From: Pseudomonas aeruginosa PAO1
GTDB lineage: Bacteria; Pseudomonadota; Gammaproteobacteria; Pseudomonadales; Pseudomonadaceae
NCBI RefSeq assembly: GCF_000006765.1
Contig: NC_002516.2
Length of the DNA: 64,000 nt
Reading direction: 5' to 3' (one strand)
Of this stretch, positions 1-16,257 are shown piece after piece. A program made the position numbers and the translations under genes. The first letter of the stretch is position 1. Each line of letters begins with the position of its first letter. A model generated the notes under the pieces. That model did no database searches. It saw only the letters and a program-made list of their open reading frames with translations, and had not been told where the DNA came from.

Positions 1-5199
<5,199 letters not shown>

Positions 5200-5212
5200 C
5201 CGCCCCCTCCCC

Positions 5213-5797
5213 TCAGGATTCTCCGTCGCTTGCCAGCCAGGCGGCGTGCTCGCGCACATCGGTCGGCCAGCCGGCGATCCGCTCGGCGAAGCCCTCGCGA
5301 TCCCCGGCGAACAGCGCACGCGTCGCCTCCTCGAAGCCCGGCAGGTCGCCGGCCATCGCATTCATGAAATGGTAGGCGCGCTCCTGCGCCTGCCGCGCAC
5401 GCCCGGACTGGCTGCGGCGCGCCTCCTCGACCAGCTTGCGCAGCGCCACCGAGGCGCCCCCGGGCTGCGCGGCGAGCCATTCCCAGTGGCGCGGCAACAA
5501 GGTCACCTCGCGCGCCACCACGCCCAGCTTCGGCCGCCCGCGCCCGCGCGGCGCGGCCTCCTCCGCCGGTTGCCGCTCGCCTGCGACGACCAGGCGCGCC
5601 AGCAGGTCCTCGCTGGAACCACGGATATCGAGATCGACGGAGCGCCCAGTGGCATTGTCGAATACCAGCAGCGGTCCGGCTGCACCGCCGGCGACCGCTT
5701 GCTTCAAGGCCAGCGCGACCTCCGGCAGCGCCGCCGTCAGCAGCCGGCGCGTGCCGTCGAAGCAGGTGAAGGATTGGATGTATGGATCATTGGCCAT
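5213..5797 (-). CDS. DUF2239-family protein, possibly DNA-binding
   Basis: Family-typical RGRGRPKLGVVAREVTLLPRHWEWLAAQPGGASVALRKLV and AGDLPGFEEATRALF; GGGAG RBS before ATG at 5797. Confidence 0.8.
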   Translation of the reverse strand: MANDPYIQSFTCFDGTRRLLTAALPEVALALKQAVAGGAAGPLLVFDNATGRSVDLDIRGSSEDLLARLVVAGERQPAEEAAPRGRGRPKLGVVAREVTLLPRHWEWLAAQPGGASVALRKLVEEARRSQSGRARQAQERAYHFMNAMAGDLPGFEEATRALFAGDREGFAERIAGWPTDVREHAAWLASDGES

Positions 5798-5825
5798 GAC
5801 AGGCTCCCATGGATGGAACGCCCGA

Positions 5826-5854
5826 ATAATACCCGGATATAAATAGAGCGACAA
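5826..5854 (-). promoter_or_regulatory. Putative sigma70 promoter of the DUF2239 gene
   Basis: Minus strand TTGTCG-17 nt-TATTAT in an AT-rich patch. Confidence 0.55.
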
Positions 5855-5881
5855 TATTATCCGGATAAAATAAATCCCATG

Positions 5882-5905
5882 AAAAAGGCCGCCCTATGGC
5901 GGCCT
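5882..5905 (-). terminator. Intrinsic terminator after the amino acid permease
   Basis: AGGCCGCC/GGCGGCCT stem followed by a T run on the minus strand. Confidence 0.8.
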
Positions 5906-5922
5906 CTTCCGGCAGCGATGAC

Positions 5923-7179
5923 CTACCAGCCGGCCGGCAGCAGGTTCATGGCGCTACAAATGGCGTAGGCGGCGCTGGCCAGGTAGATCGTCACGATCAC
6001 CGCCTGGATCGCCGGATGGGCGATCCAGCCGCATTTCCAGGCCGGCTCGAAGTCGCCGTTCCTACGCGCCGAGCGCAGCATCAGGATCGGCATGATCGAG
6101 AGAATCACCCCGCTGAAGGCCCCGGCGAAGTACAACGCGTTGACGAAGCCGACCAGCCCGCTGTAGGCCAGGACGAACGGCGGCAGCGCGACGATCGCCA
6201 GCACCAGCAGGCGGGTCTTCGGCCGGTTCTCCGGACCGAGCTTGTGGAACTTGTCGAAGATGTTGGTCAGGAAGCTACCGCCCAGGCCCCAGTAGGACGT
6301 CAGCATGGCGCACAGGGCGAAGGTGTTGGCGGTGAAGAAGGCCCATTCGCCGAGCGCCTTGCCCCAGGCCAGGGTGGCGACTTCGGACTGGTTCTCCAGG
6401 CCGGTCAGGGCGATCACCGAGAGCGGCACGATGCTGAGCAGGACGAAGGTGGTCAGCATCCCGGTGATCACCGCCTTCGGCAGGCGCTCCGGGGCGTGGC
6501 TGAAACCACGGGCCATCTCCGGGACGATGTACTGGGCGGAGAAGCAGAACACCGCGATGTTGAATACCGGCACCATGTAGATCCAGTCGCCGTCGAGCAG
6601 ACGGGCGAACTCGGTATTGTCGTTGAGCAGGGTGGCCGCCACCAGGATCAGGATCATGCTGACCATGCCGATGCTGATGAACTTCTCGCCCTTGCCGATG
6701 GCGCTCAGCCCCAGGTACAGCACGCCGGCGGCCGGAATGAAGAACAGCACGCTGCCCAGGGCCGGGCTGATACCGAAGAAGGCGCTGAGGATCTTGCCGC
6801 TGCCGCTCATGTAGGCGATCAGCGCGCCGATGCTGTTGACCGCTACGGACAGGAAGATCGCCCAGGCGCCGAAGGAGCCGACATAGCGCTGGGCAAGGCC
6901 GCTCAACTGGTTGTGGGTGCGCGTGCGCAGGGCGGTTTCCGAGACGTAGAGCATGGAAATGGTGGTGAACAGGCCGGCCACCGCCAGCCAGAGCAGCAAT
7001 GGCATGAAGCCGGCCTTGCGGCTGGCGTAGGCCATGGACAGCACGCCTGCGCCGATGTTGGTTCCGACGATCATCGCCACCGCCTCCAGGAACGTCAGGC
7101 GCTTGACCTCCAGTCCCGAGGAATCGACGGCTTCCGCCCCGGCGTGATCCTGATACTGCTGGACCCGGGTATCACTCAT
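5923..7179 (-). CDS. Aromatic amino acid permease-family (HAAAP/APC) transporter
   Basis: Multi-TM protein with GTNIGAGVLSMAY motif; GGGAG RBS before ATG at 7179. Confidence 0.85.
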   Translation of the reverse strand: MSDTRVQQYQDHAGAEAVDSSGLEVKRLTFLEAVAMIVGTNIGAGVLSMAYASRKAGFMPLLLWLAVAGLFTTISMLYVSETALRTRTHNQLSGLAQRYVGSFGAWAIFLSVAVNSIGALIAYMSGSGKILSAFFGISPALGSVLFFIPAAGVLYLGLSAIGKGEKFISIGMVSMILILVAATLLNDNTEFARLLDGDWIYMVPVFNIAVFCFSAQYIVPEMARGFSHAPERLPKAVITGMLTTFVLLSIVPLSVIALTGLENQSEVATLAWGKALGEWAFFTANTFALCAMLTSYWGLGGSFLTNIFDKFHKLGPENRPKTRLLVLAIVALPPFVLAYSGLVGFVNALYFAGAFSGVILSIMPILMLRSARRNGDFEPAWKCGWIAHPAIQAVIVTIYLASAAYAICSAMNLLPAGW

Positions 7180-7567
7180 GACAACAACTCCCTGCATTTC
7201 GAATTGGCATTGTGCGGGAGGCGGCCAGGACCGCCGTACCGATGGCCTTCTTCGAGGACAATGCAGGGCCGGGAATCGCGGACGCCTCCGGACCGGCCGC
7301 GCTTTTCGGCTGCGCGGTCCGGCGGGGGTATCCGCAGGCGGGCTCGCTCTCACCTGAAGCCATTGCCTGCGGGCCGCTTGCTCAAGCGGCCGTGCAAAAT
7401 ATCACACAATTCGACGGAGGAAGCGCGCGGCGACTACGACTTTACGCCTATGCCGATCGTCCGAAATATCCGGATAAATAATTGATGCAGATGGCTTTTG
7501 AAGGAGAGAAAGGCGCCATGGCGTGCTTTAACGTTTCAGCCGGAGCGTTCGAAAAGAGAAACATCCG

Positions 7568-8116
7568 TCAGTCTTCGCGAGGCTTCTTCGCCGCTTCGCG
7601 CCGCGCGCGGAAGAACGCCGAGAGCGCCTGGCTGCATTCTTCCGCCAGCACGCCGCCCTCGACCATGACCCTATGGTTGAGATGCTCCTGCTCGAAGAAT
7701 CGCCCACGGCTTTCCACTGCGCCCGACTTGGGCTCGACCGTGCCGTACACCAGGCGCTGGATGCGTGCGTGCACCAGCAGTCCGGAACACATGCTGCAGG
7801 GTTCCAGGGTCACATACAGGGTGCTGCCTGGCAGCCGGTAGTTGCCCGCCTCCGCCGCTGCCATGCGGATCGCCAGCATTTCGGCGTGGGCACTGGGATC
7901 GTGGCTGCTGATCGGCCGGTTGAAGCCCCGCCCGATGATCTCGCCCTCGCGCACCAGGACCGCGCCCACCGGCACTTCGCCGAGGGCCGCGGCCTTTTCC
8001 GCCTCTGCCAGGGCCTCGCGCATGAAATGCGGGTCCCGGCTGCGATCGATGATCGGACGCACACCTTTTACCGTCGGGTAGCCCTTGCCGTTGCTGATCA
8101 GCTTAGTCACCCGCAC
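7568..8116 (-). CDS. tadA: tRNA adenosine(34) deaminase
   Basis: EVPVGAVLV, HAE and PCxxC (EPCSMC) zinc motifs. The GTG start at 8116 overlaps the oxidase stop; the exact start is uncertain. Confidence 0.9.
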   Translation of the reverse strand: MRVTKLISNGKGYPTVKGVRPIIDRSRDPHFMREALAEAEKAAALGEVPVGAVLVREGEIIGRGFNRPISSHDPSAHAEMLAIRMAAAEAGNYRLPGSTLYVTLEPCSMCSGLLVHARIQRLVYGTVEPKSGAVESRGRFFEQEHLNHRVMVEGGVLAEECSQALSAFFRARREAAKKPRED

Positions 8117-9498
8117 CAGGCCTCGCCGACCGCGATGGTCCCCATCAGGCCGGTCTCCATATGGTCGATGACGTGGCAGTGGAACATCCACAGGCCCGGA
8201 TTGTCCGCCACCAGCGCCACGCGGGCAGTCTCGTTCTTGCCCAGCAGGTAGGTGTCGGTGAAGTACGGGATGATGTCCCGGCGATCCGAATCCAGCACCT
8301 TGAAGGCCATCCCATGCAGGTGGATCGGGTGCTGGTACTGCGCCATGTTGCGCAGCTCGAAGATGTAGCTCTGGCCTTCCTTGAGCTTGGCCAGCGGCGG
8401 CGCGTTGTGCTTGTGCTCCTCGCCGCCTTCCCAGGCCTTGCCGTTGATCTGCCAGAACGACGGATAGGGATTCTTGCCGCTGGTATCGGACATGGCCCCG
8501 ACCCACTCGAAACGGAAACCGATCTTCTCGGCATTGGCCAGGTCCGGTTCGCTCACCGGATTCGCCGGCAACGGCTTCGGCCAGTCGCCGGCAGGTGCCT
8601 CGGCGCTGGCCACGCTGCGGATCGTCGCCAGGCGTACCGGCCCGTCGCGCAGGGACAGCTCGGTGCCCGCTTCCGGCACCTTCAGCGCCAGCTCCAGGCG
8701 CATCCCGGGACCGATCCAGTACTGCCCCTCGAAGCCGCGTGGTTCCACCGGATGGCCATCGATGGCATAGATCCTCGCCTCGCCGTTGGGCAGGTTGAGA
8801 CGGTAGGTGACGGTGTTGTCGACGTTCAGCAGGCGCACCCGGACGATCTGCCCGGCCGGCAGGTCGATGGTCGGCACATGCTTGCCGTTGATCGTCGAAT
8901 AGCGCCCGCGGGTGCCTTCGCGCGCGGCCTGGCGCGGCACGCTGAAGGGGGTGAAGGCGCCCTGCTCGTCCACGTGCCAGGTCTTCAGGCAGAGAACCTT
9001 CTCGTGGCGGAACCCGGTGGGTTCACGCTCCTCGATGATCAGCGGGCCGACCAGTCCGCGGCCGAGCTGCTCGCTGCTCATCAGGTGCGGGTGGTACCAG
9101 TAGCTGCCGGCGTCCTGGGTCTTGAACTGGTAGATGAAGCTCTCGCCCGGCTGCACCGGCGGCTGGGAAATGTACGGCACGCCGTCCATCTCGATCGGCA
9201 GGCGGATGCCGTGCCAGTGGATGGTGGTCGGTTCGTCCAGCCTGTTGGTGAAGCGCACCCGCAGCCACTCGCCCTGCTTCGCCCGCAACTCCACGCCGGG
9301 GCACTGGCCGCCATAGGCCAGCGCCGGACTGCTGAAGCCCGGGACGATCTCCAGGTCCAGCGGCGCGGCGATCAGTTCGTAGTCGTACTCCTGCGCCACC
9401 TGCGGACGCGCCAGCCAGAGGCGCGCGCCGCCGGCGCCGAGGCCGACCACCGCCAGCCCGGCGAGGCCGCCGAGCACTTGTCTACGGGTAAATGTCAT
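8107..9498 (-). CDS. cumA: Multicopper oxidase with Tat signal (CumA-like)
   Basis: TRRQVL twin-arginine signal; HWHG, WYHPH, HPIHLHG and HCHVIDH copper motifs. Confidence 0.88.
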   Translation of the reverse strand: MTFTRRQVLGGLAGLAVVGLGAGGARLWLARPQVAQEYDYELIAAPLDLEIVPGFSSPALAYGGQCPGVELRAKQGEWLRVRFTNRLDEPTTIHWHGIRLPIEMDGVPYISQPPVQPGESFIYQFKTQDAGSYWYHPHLMSSEQLGRGLVGPLIIEEREPTGFRHEKVLCLKTWHVDEQGAFTPFSVPRQAAREGTRGRYSTINGKHVPTIDLPAGQIVRVRLLNVDNTVTYRLNLPNGEARIYAIDGHPVEPRGFEGQYWIGPGMRLELALKVPEAGTELSLRDGPVRLATIRSVASAEAPAGDWPKPLPANPVSEPDLANAEKIGFRFEWVGAMSDTSGKNPYPSFWQINGKAWEGGEEHKHNAPPLAKLKEGQSYIFELRNMAQYQHPIHLHGMAFKVLDSDRRDIIPYFTDTYLLGKNETARVALVADNPGLWMFHCHVIDHMETGLMGTIAVGEAWCG

Positions 9499-9613
9499 GG
9501 AGCCTTCACCTTCGCGGTACTGCGGCTGGGAAATGATAGATTTTCTCATTTCCCAGCCGCGAAGGCGAGCCATCGCTCCGTGCAACCGCCTCTTTGCTGA
9601 TCCGGAGCAAACG

Positions 9614-9638
9614 AAAAGGGCAGCCGAAGCTGCCCTTT
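9614..9638 (-). terminator. Intrinsic terminator after guaA
   Basis: AAAGGGCAGC-TTCG-GCTGCCCTTTT on the minus strand (C-UUCG-G loop). Confidence 0.85.
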
Positions 9639-9659
9639 CCTCTCATCGGCGCGAGCCGA

Positions 9660-11237
9660 TCATTCCCACTCGATAGTCGCCGGCGGCTTGCTCGACACGT
9701 CGTAGGTGACCCGGGAGATACCGGCAATCTCGTTGATGATGCGGTTCGAGACCTTCTCCAGCAGTTCGTAGGGCAGGTGCGCCCAGCGCGCGGTCATGAA
9801 GTCGATGGTCTCCACCGCGCGCAGGGCGACGACCCAGGCGTAGCGACGGCCGTCGCCGACCACGCCGACCGATTTCACTGGCTGGAACACCACGAACGCC
9901 TGGCTGGTCTTGTGGTACCAGTCGAAGGCGCGCAGTTCCTCGATGAAGATGTGGTCGGCCTGGCGCAGCAGGTCGGCGTACTCCTTCTTCACCTCGCCGA
10001 GGATGCGCACGCCCAGGCCCGGGCCGGGGAACGGGTGGCGGTAGACCATGTCGTAGGGCAGGCCCAGCTCCAGGCCGATCTTGCGCACTTCGTCCTTGAA
10101 CAGTTCGCGCAGCGGCTCGACCAGTTCGAACTGCATGTCCTCCGGCAGGCCGCCGACGTTGTGGTGCGACTTGATCACGTGGGCCTTGCCGGTCTTGGCG
10201 CCGGCCGACTCGATCACGTCGGGGTAGATGGTGCCCTGGGCGAGGAACTTCACGTCCTGCAGCTTGGTGGCTTCTTCGTCGAAGACTTCGATGAAGGTGC
10301 GGCCGATGATCTTGCGCTTCTCTTCCGGGTCGGCGACGCCGGCCAGGCGGCCGAGGAACTTGTCCTCGGCGTTGGCGCGGATCACCTTCACGCCCATGTT
10401 CTCGGCGAACATGGCCATCACCTGGTCGCCTTCGTGCAGGCGCAGCAGGCCGTTGTCGACGAACACGCAGGTCAGTTGGTCGCCGATGGCCTTGTGCAGC
10501 AGCGCGGCGACCACCGAGGAGTCCACGCCGCCGGAGAGGCCGAGCAGGACCTTGGAGGAACCGACCTGGGCGCGCACGGTGGCGATGGCGTCGTCGACGA
10601 TGTTCGAGGGGGTCCACAGCGCGGCGCAACCGCAGATGTCGAGGACGAAGCGCGAGAGAATGCGCAGGCCCTGCTTGGTGTGGGTGACTTCCGGGTGGAA
10701 TTGCACGCCGTAGTAGGCGCGGGCATCGTCGGCCATGGCGGCGATCGGGCAGCTCGGGGTGCTGGCCAGGATGTGGAAGCCGGCCGGCATCTCGGTGACC
10801 TTGTCGCCGTGGCTCATCCACACGTCGAGGCCGAGCACGCCGTCGTCGTCCACGTGGTCCTCGATGCCGTCCAGCAGGCGCGCCTTGCCGACCACGTCGA
10901 CGCGGGCGTAGCCGAACTCGCGCAGGTCGGAGCCCTGCACCTTGCCGCCCATCTGCTCGGCCATGGTCTGCATGCCGTAGCAGATGCCGAACAGCGGCAC
11001 CTTCAGGTCGAACACCGCCTGCGGCGCGCGCGGGCTGTCGGCTTCGTGTACCGACTCGGGGCCACCGGCGAGGATGATGCCGCGCGGCGCGAAGGCGATG
11101 ATCGCCTCGTTGCTCATGTCGAAGGGATGGATTTCGCAATACACGCCGATCTCGCGCACGCGGCGAGCGATCAGTTGGGTGTACTGGGAGCCGAAATCGA
11201 GGATCAGGATACGGTGGGCGTGAATGTCTTGGGACAT
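9660..11237 (-). CDS. guaA: GMP synthase (glutamine-hydrolysing)
   Basis: [23 protein letters not shown] and C-terminal KPPATIEWE. Confidence 0.98.
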
Positions 11238-11268
11238 GGCCATCTCTCGCTACGGAATTCGAAAACGA

Positions 11269-11295
11269 CACGGGGCTGAATCGAACAGCCCCGTG
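11269..11295 (-). other. 10-bp hairpin between guaB and guaA
   Basis: CACGGGGCTG/CAGCCCCGTG with a 7-nt loop; only a weak T tract (TCGTTTT) follows on the minus strand. Confidence 0.55.
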
Positions 11296-11316
11296 CAGCA
11301 CTCATTTCAATCAGCC

Positions 11317-12981
<1,665 letters not shown>

Positions 12982-13049
12982 TCACCCAGCGACCGCCCAG
13001 GCGGCGGGACGCCGATTCCAAGAACTATAAAAGTGGGACGGGGGAGAGA

Positions 13050-14027
13050 ATGAAAGGGAGCACTGACCCGCATTCGTCATCCGCAGCCTTGCTCGCGGCG
13101 TTCGGCGCCGCCGTGCTGGACATCAACCGGCTGGCGCGCGACAAGACCCTGGAGCGTTTCCATCGCACCGCGCTGGAACGTCTGCAGCAACTGGTACCGT
13201 TCCAGCGTGCCTGGTGGGGCCGCGCGGCGCTGATCGACGGTGTGCCGGTGGAGCACAGCGCACACCTGTTCAACCTCGAAGAGCACTATGTGGAGGACTG
13301 GAAATCGATCAGCCACGACGACATTACCGTCGGCCTGGTACACGCCCGCCCGGGCACCGCCGTGGCCGTTGACATGCAGGCCACCGCCGGGCTGCGCTGG
13401 CTTGGCGCGCGTCACGACATCGGTGAGCTGCTCTGCGTGATCCACGTCGATCCGATCACCCGCCTCAGCGACCATGTCGCCCTCTATCGCACGCCTGGCG
13501 GCCCGCCCTTCGCGGACCAGGAGAAGCTGCTCCTCGGGCAACTCTCGGCGCACCTGGCCGCGGCCGTCTCGGCCAACCAGATCCGTACCCTGGTGGCCCT
13601 GCGCGAATCCCTCGAACGCCAGGCTCTGGCCATGGCGGTATGCGACCGCTACGGCGTGCTGCATTGCGCCGAACGCGGCTTCGTCGACCTGCTGCTCGGC
13701 GCCTGGCCGGGCTGGACCGGTCCGCAGTTGCCGGAGGAAACCAGCCCGCAGGGCTATCGCGATGCGCGCCTGGTGATCGACTCGCGGCAGGTCGGCGACC
13801 TCTACCTGCTCACCGCGCGGCAACCGAGCGCGATCGAACAGTTGAGCAATCGCGAAGGCGACGTCGCCCTGCTGTTCAGCGAAGGCAAGACCTACAAGCA
13901 GATCGCCCGCGACCTCGGCCTGGCGCCGAACACCGTGCGCCATCACATACGCACCATCTATTCCAAGCTCGGCGTCAACGACAAGGCGAGCATCGCCCAC
14001 CTGCTGCACCAGTTCCCGCCTGGCTGA
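13050..14027 (+). CDS. LuxR-type transcriptional regulator with a C-terminal HTH and N-terminal sensor region
   Basis: LSNREGDVALLFSEGKTYKQIARDLGLAPNTVRHHIRTIYSKLGV. Confidence 0.85.
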   Translation: MKGSTDPHSSSAALLAAFGAAVLDINRLARDKTLERFHRTALERLQQLVPFQRAWWGRAALIDGVPVEHSAHLFNLEEHYVEDWKSISHDDITVGLVHARPGTAVAVDMQATAGLRWLGARHDIGELLCVIHVDPITRLSDHVALYRTPGGPPFADQEKLLLGQLSAHLAAAVSANQIRTLVALRESLERQALAMAVCDRYGVLHCAERGFVDLLLGAWPGWTGPQLPEETSPQGYRDARLVIDSRQVGDLYLLTARQPSAIEQLSNREGDVALLFSEGKTYKQIARDLGLAPNTVRHHIRTIYSKLGVNDKASIAHLLHQFPPG

Positions 14028-14161
14028 CAGCCCTCCACCCCTGCCATCACCGCTTCGACCGCCCCGTCAAGGGCGGCATGGGCGCCCTTTCGCCTGCGAA
14101 AAGGCGCAACCACCACCGGCGCGACGAACGCCGGGCACACAACGACCGGGGAGACCGACAC

Positions 14162-15058
14162 ATGACCCACCGCACCGCCTCGATGGCCGCACCGACCGCC
14201 AGCGCCCTCGCGCTGTTCGGCATCCAGCTCCTGCTGGGCGCCGAGGCCGGCGCCGCCGACCTCAACGCCCGCGACTTCTTCGGCGCCCCGGCGGGCACCA
14301 CGCTCGGCGTACTCTACCTGCCGGCGACCCGCGCCCATGAGTTCCACGGGCCGGCCGATCGCAACGGCAAGGCCGAACTGAAGACCAACGCGGTGGCCTA
14401 CCGCCAGGTGTTCTTCAGCGACATCTGCGGCACTCTCTGCACGCCGCAGTTCATCATTCCCTTCGTCGACATCGATGCGCGCCTGCCCGGCAGCGTCGGG
14501 CATACCGGCGAGACCGGTTTCGGCGATCCCCAGGTCGGCGGCACCCTGTTTTTCGTCAACGACCTGGAACGGCGCCGCTACAGCGGCCTGCTGACCCTGA
14601 TCACCCTGCCGCTGGGCGAGTACCACGCGAAGAACCCCGATGTCTCGCCCGGCGCCAACCGCTGGGGCGCCACCTTCGTCTACAACTACACCCAGGGCAT
14701 CGGCCGCGACTGGGTGCTGGAAGCCAACCTGGAAGCGCAGTTCTACGCGAAGAACGACGACTACTTCGGCAGCGACCTGGAACAGAAACCGCTCTATCGC
14801 CTGCAAGCCTTCGCCTCCTACGACTTCAGCCAGAGCACCTACGGCGCCCTCAAGCTGGTGCACGCCGATGGCGGCGAACTGAAGCTGCAGGGCCATACCC
14901 TCGACGACACCCACCAGCGCTACACCCAACTCGGCTTCGAGCTAGGCCACTGGCTGGACCGGCGCAACAGCCTGATGTTCGGTCTCTCGCGCAACGTCGC
15001 CACCGACAATGCTTTCCATGGCAGCCAGGCCCTGTTGCGCCTGGTCCATGTGTTCTGA
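14162..15058 (+). CDS. Outer-membrane beta-barrel transporter (SphA / phenol meta-pathway type)
   Basis: Signal peptide, GFGDPQVGG and PLGEY..KN..SPGANRW motifs, amphipathic strands, terminal Phe. Confidence 0.7.
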   Translation: MTHRTASMAAPTASALALFGIQLLLGAEAGAADLNARDFFGAPAGTTLGVLYLPATRAHEFHGPADRNGKAELKTNAVAYRQVFFSDICGTLCTPQFIIPFVDIDARLPGSVGHTGETGFGDPQVGGTLFFVNDLERRRYSGLLTLITLPLGEYHAKNPDVSPGANRWGATFVYNYTQGIGRDWVLEANLEAQFYAKNDDYFGSDLEQKPLYRLQAFASYDFSQSTYGALKLVHADGGELKLQGHTLDDTHQRYTQLGFELGHWLDRRNSLMFGLSRNVATDNAFHGSQALLRLVHVF

Positions 15059-15070
15059 GGAGGCGCAGCC

Positions 15071-16228
15071 ATGAGCGCTTCCGACAAGACTCTCGCCAGC
15101 GCCTCTCCGGCGTCCGGCAACCTCGCGCTGCTCGCGGCCATCGTGGTGTTCGCCGCGATCACCCCGACCATCCTGATGACCGCCCCCGCCGTCGCCGCGC
15201 AACTGGCGACCCAGTGGCAACTGAGCCCGGCGCGGGTCGGCGACCTGTTTTCGGTGGAGCTGGGCGCCATGAGCCTGGCGACGCTGCCGGCCTTCCATTG
15301 GCTGAAACGCGTCGATTGGCGCCACGCGGCGCTGCTCGCCGGCCTGCTGTTCATCGCCGCCAACCTGGCCTCGGCGCTGGCCGGCAGCTACCCGCTGCTG
15401 CTCGCCCTGCGTTTCTGCAGCGCCCTCGCCGGCGGCTCGCTGATGATCCTCTGCCTGTCCAGCGCCGCCAGCACCGCCACCCCGAGCCGGGTCTACGGGC
15501 TCTGGGTGATGGGCCAACTGGTGGTCGGCGCCGTCGGCCTGGCACTGCTGCCGGCGCTGTTCGAACGCTTCGGCCTGGCCGCCTGCTACCTGTTGCTGGC
15601 CGGCCTGATGGGCCTCGCCCTGCCGTTGTCGCGGGCCTTCCCCAGTGGCAGCCCGCCAGCGGAAGCCCGCGCCAGTACCGGCGCGGTTCACTCGCGACTG
15701 CGGGTCGGGCTGGGCATCCTCGCCGTGCTCACCTTCTATATCAGCCTCAGCGGCGTCTGGACCTTCATCGGCGCCATCGCCGAAGGCGCGGGGATCGGTG
15801 CCGGCGCCAGCGGCGAGGTACTCGCCGTCGCCACCCTGATGGGCATCGCCGGGGCGGCCTGCGCCTCCTTCATCGGCAACCGCCTGCCGCGCGACCTGAT
15901 GCTGCTCGGCGGCTACCTGGCGATGGCCGCGGCGATCCTCCTGCTGATCGGCCAGCCGCCGCTGGCGCGCTTCGCCCTGGCCGCGCTGCTGTTCAAGTTC
16001 ACCTGGACCTTCGCCCTGCCGTTCATCCTCGCCTGCCTCGCCGACCTGGACCGCTCCGGCCGCCTGATGAACGCCTCCAACCTGGTCATCGGCGGCGGGC
16101 TGGCCATCGGCCCGGCGCTGGCAGGACGACTCATCGAAGGCAGCGGCGGTTTCCTCCCGCTGCTGCCGATCGCCGCCGGCCTGGCCGCCCTCTCGCTGCT
16201 GCTGGCCCTGGCCTGCCGGCCACGCTGA
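15071..16228 (+). CDS. MFS transporter
   Basis: About 12 hydrophobic segments; lies inside the operon. Confidence 0.85.
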   Translation: MSASDKTLASASPASGNLALLAAIVVFAAITPTILMTAPAVAAQLATQWQLSPARVGDLFSVELGAMSLATLPAFHWLKRVDWRHAALLAGLLFIAANLASALAGSYPLLLALRFCSALAGGSLMILCLSSAASTATPSRVYGLWVMGQLVVGAVGLALLPALFERFGLAACYLLLAGLMGLALPLSRAFPSGSPPAEARASTGAVHSRLRVGLGILAVLTFYISLSGVWTFIGAIAEGAGIGAGASGEVLAVATLMGIAGAACASFIGNRLPRDLMLLGGYLAMAAAILLLIGQPPLARFALAALLFKFTWTFALPFILACLADLDRSGRLMNASNLVIGGGLAIGPALAGRLIEGSGGFLPLLPIAAGLAALSLLLALACRPR

Positions 16229-16257
16229 AACCCTTTCCCGAACCACGGATACCCGCC

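Noticed and set aside
7172-7363. 63-aa upstream ORF overlapping the permease start
   Set aside because: No convincing SD, unremarkable composition and no regulatory codon run; probably chance in GC-rich DNA.
7288-7372. Fragments resembling TPP or glycine riboswitch words (TGAGAG...ATACCC; GCCGAAAAGCGC)
   Set aside because: The required partner elements (ACCTGA...AATGCC.GCG.AGG for TPP; CTCTCAGG for glycine) are not in the right order or strand.
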